Shown here piece after piece: positions 34,602 to 36,348 of a stretch of DNA of 36,348 nt. The DNA comes from Gemmatimonadota bacterium (GTDB taxonomy: Bacteria; Latescibacterota; UBA2968; UBA8231): the NCBI GenBank assembly GCA_038128265.1, contig JAYPJE010000044.1:1-36348 (forward strand), in the 5' to 3' direction. A program made the position numbers and the translations under genes. The notes under the pieces are model-generated. The model searched no databases. It had not been told where the DNA came from and saw only the letters and a list, made by a program, of their open reading frames with translations. The number at the start of each line of letters is the position of its first letter. The first letter of the stretch is position 1.

Positions 34602-36348
34602 TTGTCCGCTTTATCGCGTTTGGTTTTCGCACTGTTTGCGCTGTGCTGGCTGCAGTCGGCAGCCTTCGCAGGAGGAGCCTCTTTCCCTTACGAACTCCGC
34701 TGGAAGTACTTGGTTCCCACTGCCGAGCAATCCGCGCTGGCCGAGTCGGACTCGCTGGTCTTTATCGCCAGTGCGGATGGGCGACTCGAGGCCCTGCGCA
34801 AGAGCGACGGCGTGCGCGTATGGCTGCGGCGCGATATGGGACCAATGCGCCAAGCGCCCGTTTTTTGGCAGGGAGCGCTGGTGGTCGCCAATGCGTGGGG
34901 TGCGGTGTATTCGCTGCACGCAGATACGGGCGTTGAGCAGTGGTCCTTTCAGCGCGTAGGTGCGGGAGACTGCGCGCTTTCCGTAGCCGATGGCGCGCTC
35001 TATGCCTCGGCCGCTGACGGGTGGCTATACGCGCTGCGTTTTGACGGCGCTGAACGCTGGCGTGCGCGGCTAGGGCCGCGCGGTGCACTCGGTCTACAGG
35101 TGCGGGATGGCGTTGTATACGCCAGCGCGGGGAGTGGACTTGTAGGGTTGGACGTGAGCAGCGGCCAACGACTGTTGGAGATCGATATGGGGGCGCTGGT
35201 AGCGGCGCCTCTTCTCGTCGTTGATCAGCGCCTATTTGTCGCAGGGGGTGACGGCTACGTGCGCGCCTACAGCAGGCGCGGGGGTGAGCCGCTTTGGAAC
35301 GCGTGGCTCGGTGCCAAGGTGAGAGGCTCTATGGCCGCTGTTGGACAGAAGCTGATTTGCGCGGCCGATAATGGATACCTCTACGCCATGGACCAGACAG
35401 CAGGGCGGATTGAATGGCGGTTGCGCATGCCGGGCGGCGTGGCCGGTGGCGTGGTGCTTGGACCGCTGGGTGAACTGCTCGTGGGTTCGAATGGCGATAG
35501 CCTAAACGCGGTGGACTCTCTGTTGGGGCAGAGAAGCTGGTCTGCACGCGTGGGGAGCGGCCAGGGGCAGCGTATAGCTTCGCTGGGCGCCGACCTTTGG
35601 GTTGCCGCCGCTGGTCAGCATGTGTATGCCTTCGCACCGCCGGTGCATAGCGCGTCTCGAGAGGGGGAAGACCGGAGCACGTGGTGGGAAGTATTTGTGG
35701 ACGGCGAGAAAACGGGATACGTCGGGCAGACGGTGCGTTTGCTCGCGGAGCATGGGGGGCGTATCGGAGAAGAACGAGTTGACTGGCGCAGCGGTTTTCG
35801 CCGGACGGTTGGAGCTGTAGAAGTCGACAGAGACTTTCGGCCCAAGGCCCTCTGGGAAAGGGTCGTCGATGGCCGTCAGGCTGTTTCTACGCGAGCGCAG
35901 CGGTTTGGCGATGTCGCCGCCGTTGAACGCGCATTGGCCGGCTACGTCGTCGCAGACAGCGTCCAGCTCGATGGGGGGGCTATCGCGCCGGAAGCGCTGT
36001 GGCTCAGCTTGGCGCGCGAACAGCGTCTGCAGCCCGGCCGCAGCGACTCCCAGCGCACCGTCGATATAACGGATGGCCAGGGCCGTTGGATCTATTTGAA
36101 TATGGGTGCGGAGCGTGATGTGCAGGGGCGAACGGCCATTGAAGTGGCCCTCTCATCGGCGCGCAACGGCGCGCCCGAGATCGTGGCATGGGTTGAACGC
36201 AGCGGCGATGTCGTGCGGATATACCAGCCTGGGACGCGCGTCGAGTGGGTTGTCGCCGATGAGCAGCGCGCCCGCCGCTGGGCTCACTCTAGCACCGAGC
36301 GCGGGCCGGTTTTGGACCGTGCCATTGCGCACCTGAGCAAGGTAGACT
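34602..36348 (+). CDS. Exported PQQ-like (BamB-type) beta-propeller protein with an additional C-terminal domain; runs off the right edge
   Basis: Not in the ORF track. The frame is open from 34500 to the end. Signal peptide (LVFALFALCWLQSAAFA), then repeats such as ADGRLEALRKSDGVRVW, ADGWLYALRFDGAERW and DNGYLYAMDQTAGRIEW. Start uncertain (TTG 34596, 34602 or 34620). Confidence 0.85.
   Translation, partial: MSALSRLVFALFALCWLQSAAFAGGASFPYELRWKYLVPTAEQSALAESDSLVFIASADGRLEALRKSDGVRVWLRRDMGPMRQAPVFWQGALVVANAWGAVYSLHADTGVEQWSFQRVGAGDCALSVADGALYASAADGWLYALRFDGAERWRARLGPRGALGLQVRDGVVYASAGSGLVGLDVSSGQRLLEIDMGALVAAPLLVVDQRLFVAGGDGYVRAYSRRGGEPLWNAWLGAKVRGSMAAVGQKLICAADNGYLYAMDQTAGRIEWRLRMPGGVAGGVVLGPLGELLVGSNGDSLNAVDSLLGQRSWSARVGSGQGQRIASLGADLWVAAAGQHVYAFAPPVHSASREGEDRSTWWEVFVDGEKTGYVGQTVRLLAEHGGRIGEERVDWRSGFRRTVGAVEVDRDFRPKALWERVVDGRQAVSTRAQRFGDVAAVERALAGYVVADSVQLDGGAIAPEALWLSLAREQRLQPGRSDSQRTVDITDGQGRWIYLNMGAERDVQGRTAIEVALSSARNGAPEIVAWVERSGDVVRIYQPGTRVEWVVADEQRARRWAHSSTERGPVLDRAIAHLSKVD

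Noticed and set aside
1..36348. CRISPR arrays, tRNA/rRNA, IS elements, prophage or defence genes
   Set aside because: No spaced direct repeats, cloverleafs, transposase, integrase or nuclease motifs were seen, and intergenic gaps are short and otherwise explained.

Overview
GC-rich, gene-dense chromosomal segment from a diderm bacterium. The gene repertoire suggests an FCB-group lineage such as Ca. Latescibacterota/Gemmatimonadota (inference only). I saw no rRNA, tRNA, CRISPR array, transposase or prophage. Left to right: a partial sulfatase; an Udh-like SDR plus M14 hydrolase; a cell-envelope glycosylation region (two GT-C-type membrane proteins, two DPM1-like GT2s, a tandem pair of RfbE-like epimerases, RmlD, a GT2 fusion, a degenerate YyaL-like lipoprotein, CtpA); a MacB/LolD-type ABC pair with TauE, MlrC and Gfo/Idh/MocA; a minus-strand run of guaB, two SDRs, HpnZ-like ADH, HpnW-like FAD oxidoreductase and a K+ channel; YtxH; an MdlAB-like exporter; a creatininase-family hydrolase; rdgB; a TPR protein; and a partial PQQ-type beta-propeller fusion. 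The strongest finding is absent from the ORF track: a 76-aa Rdx/SelW-type selenoprotein (34236..34466, minus strand). It has a CxxU motif with an in-frame UGA, a SECIS-like hairpin, a GAGGAG RBS and a perfect TTGACA-N17-TATAAT promoter. Two separate tandem SDR pairs also each contain one partner that has lost the catalytic YxxxK tyrosine. All family assignments come from motif recognition, not database searches.
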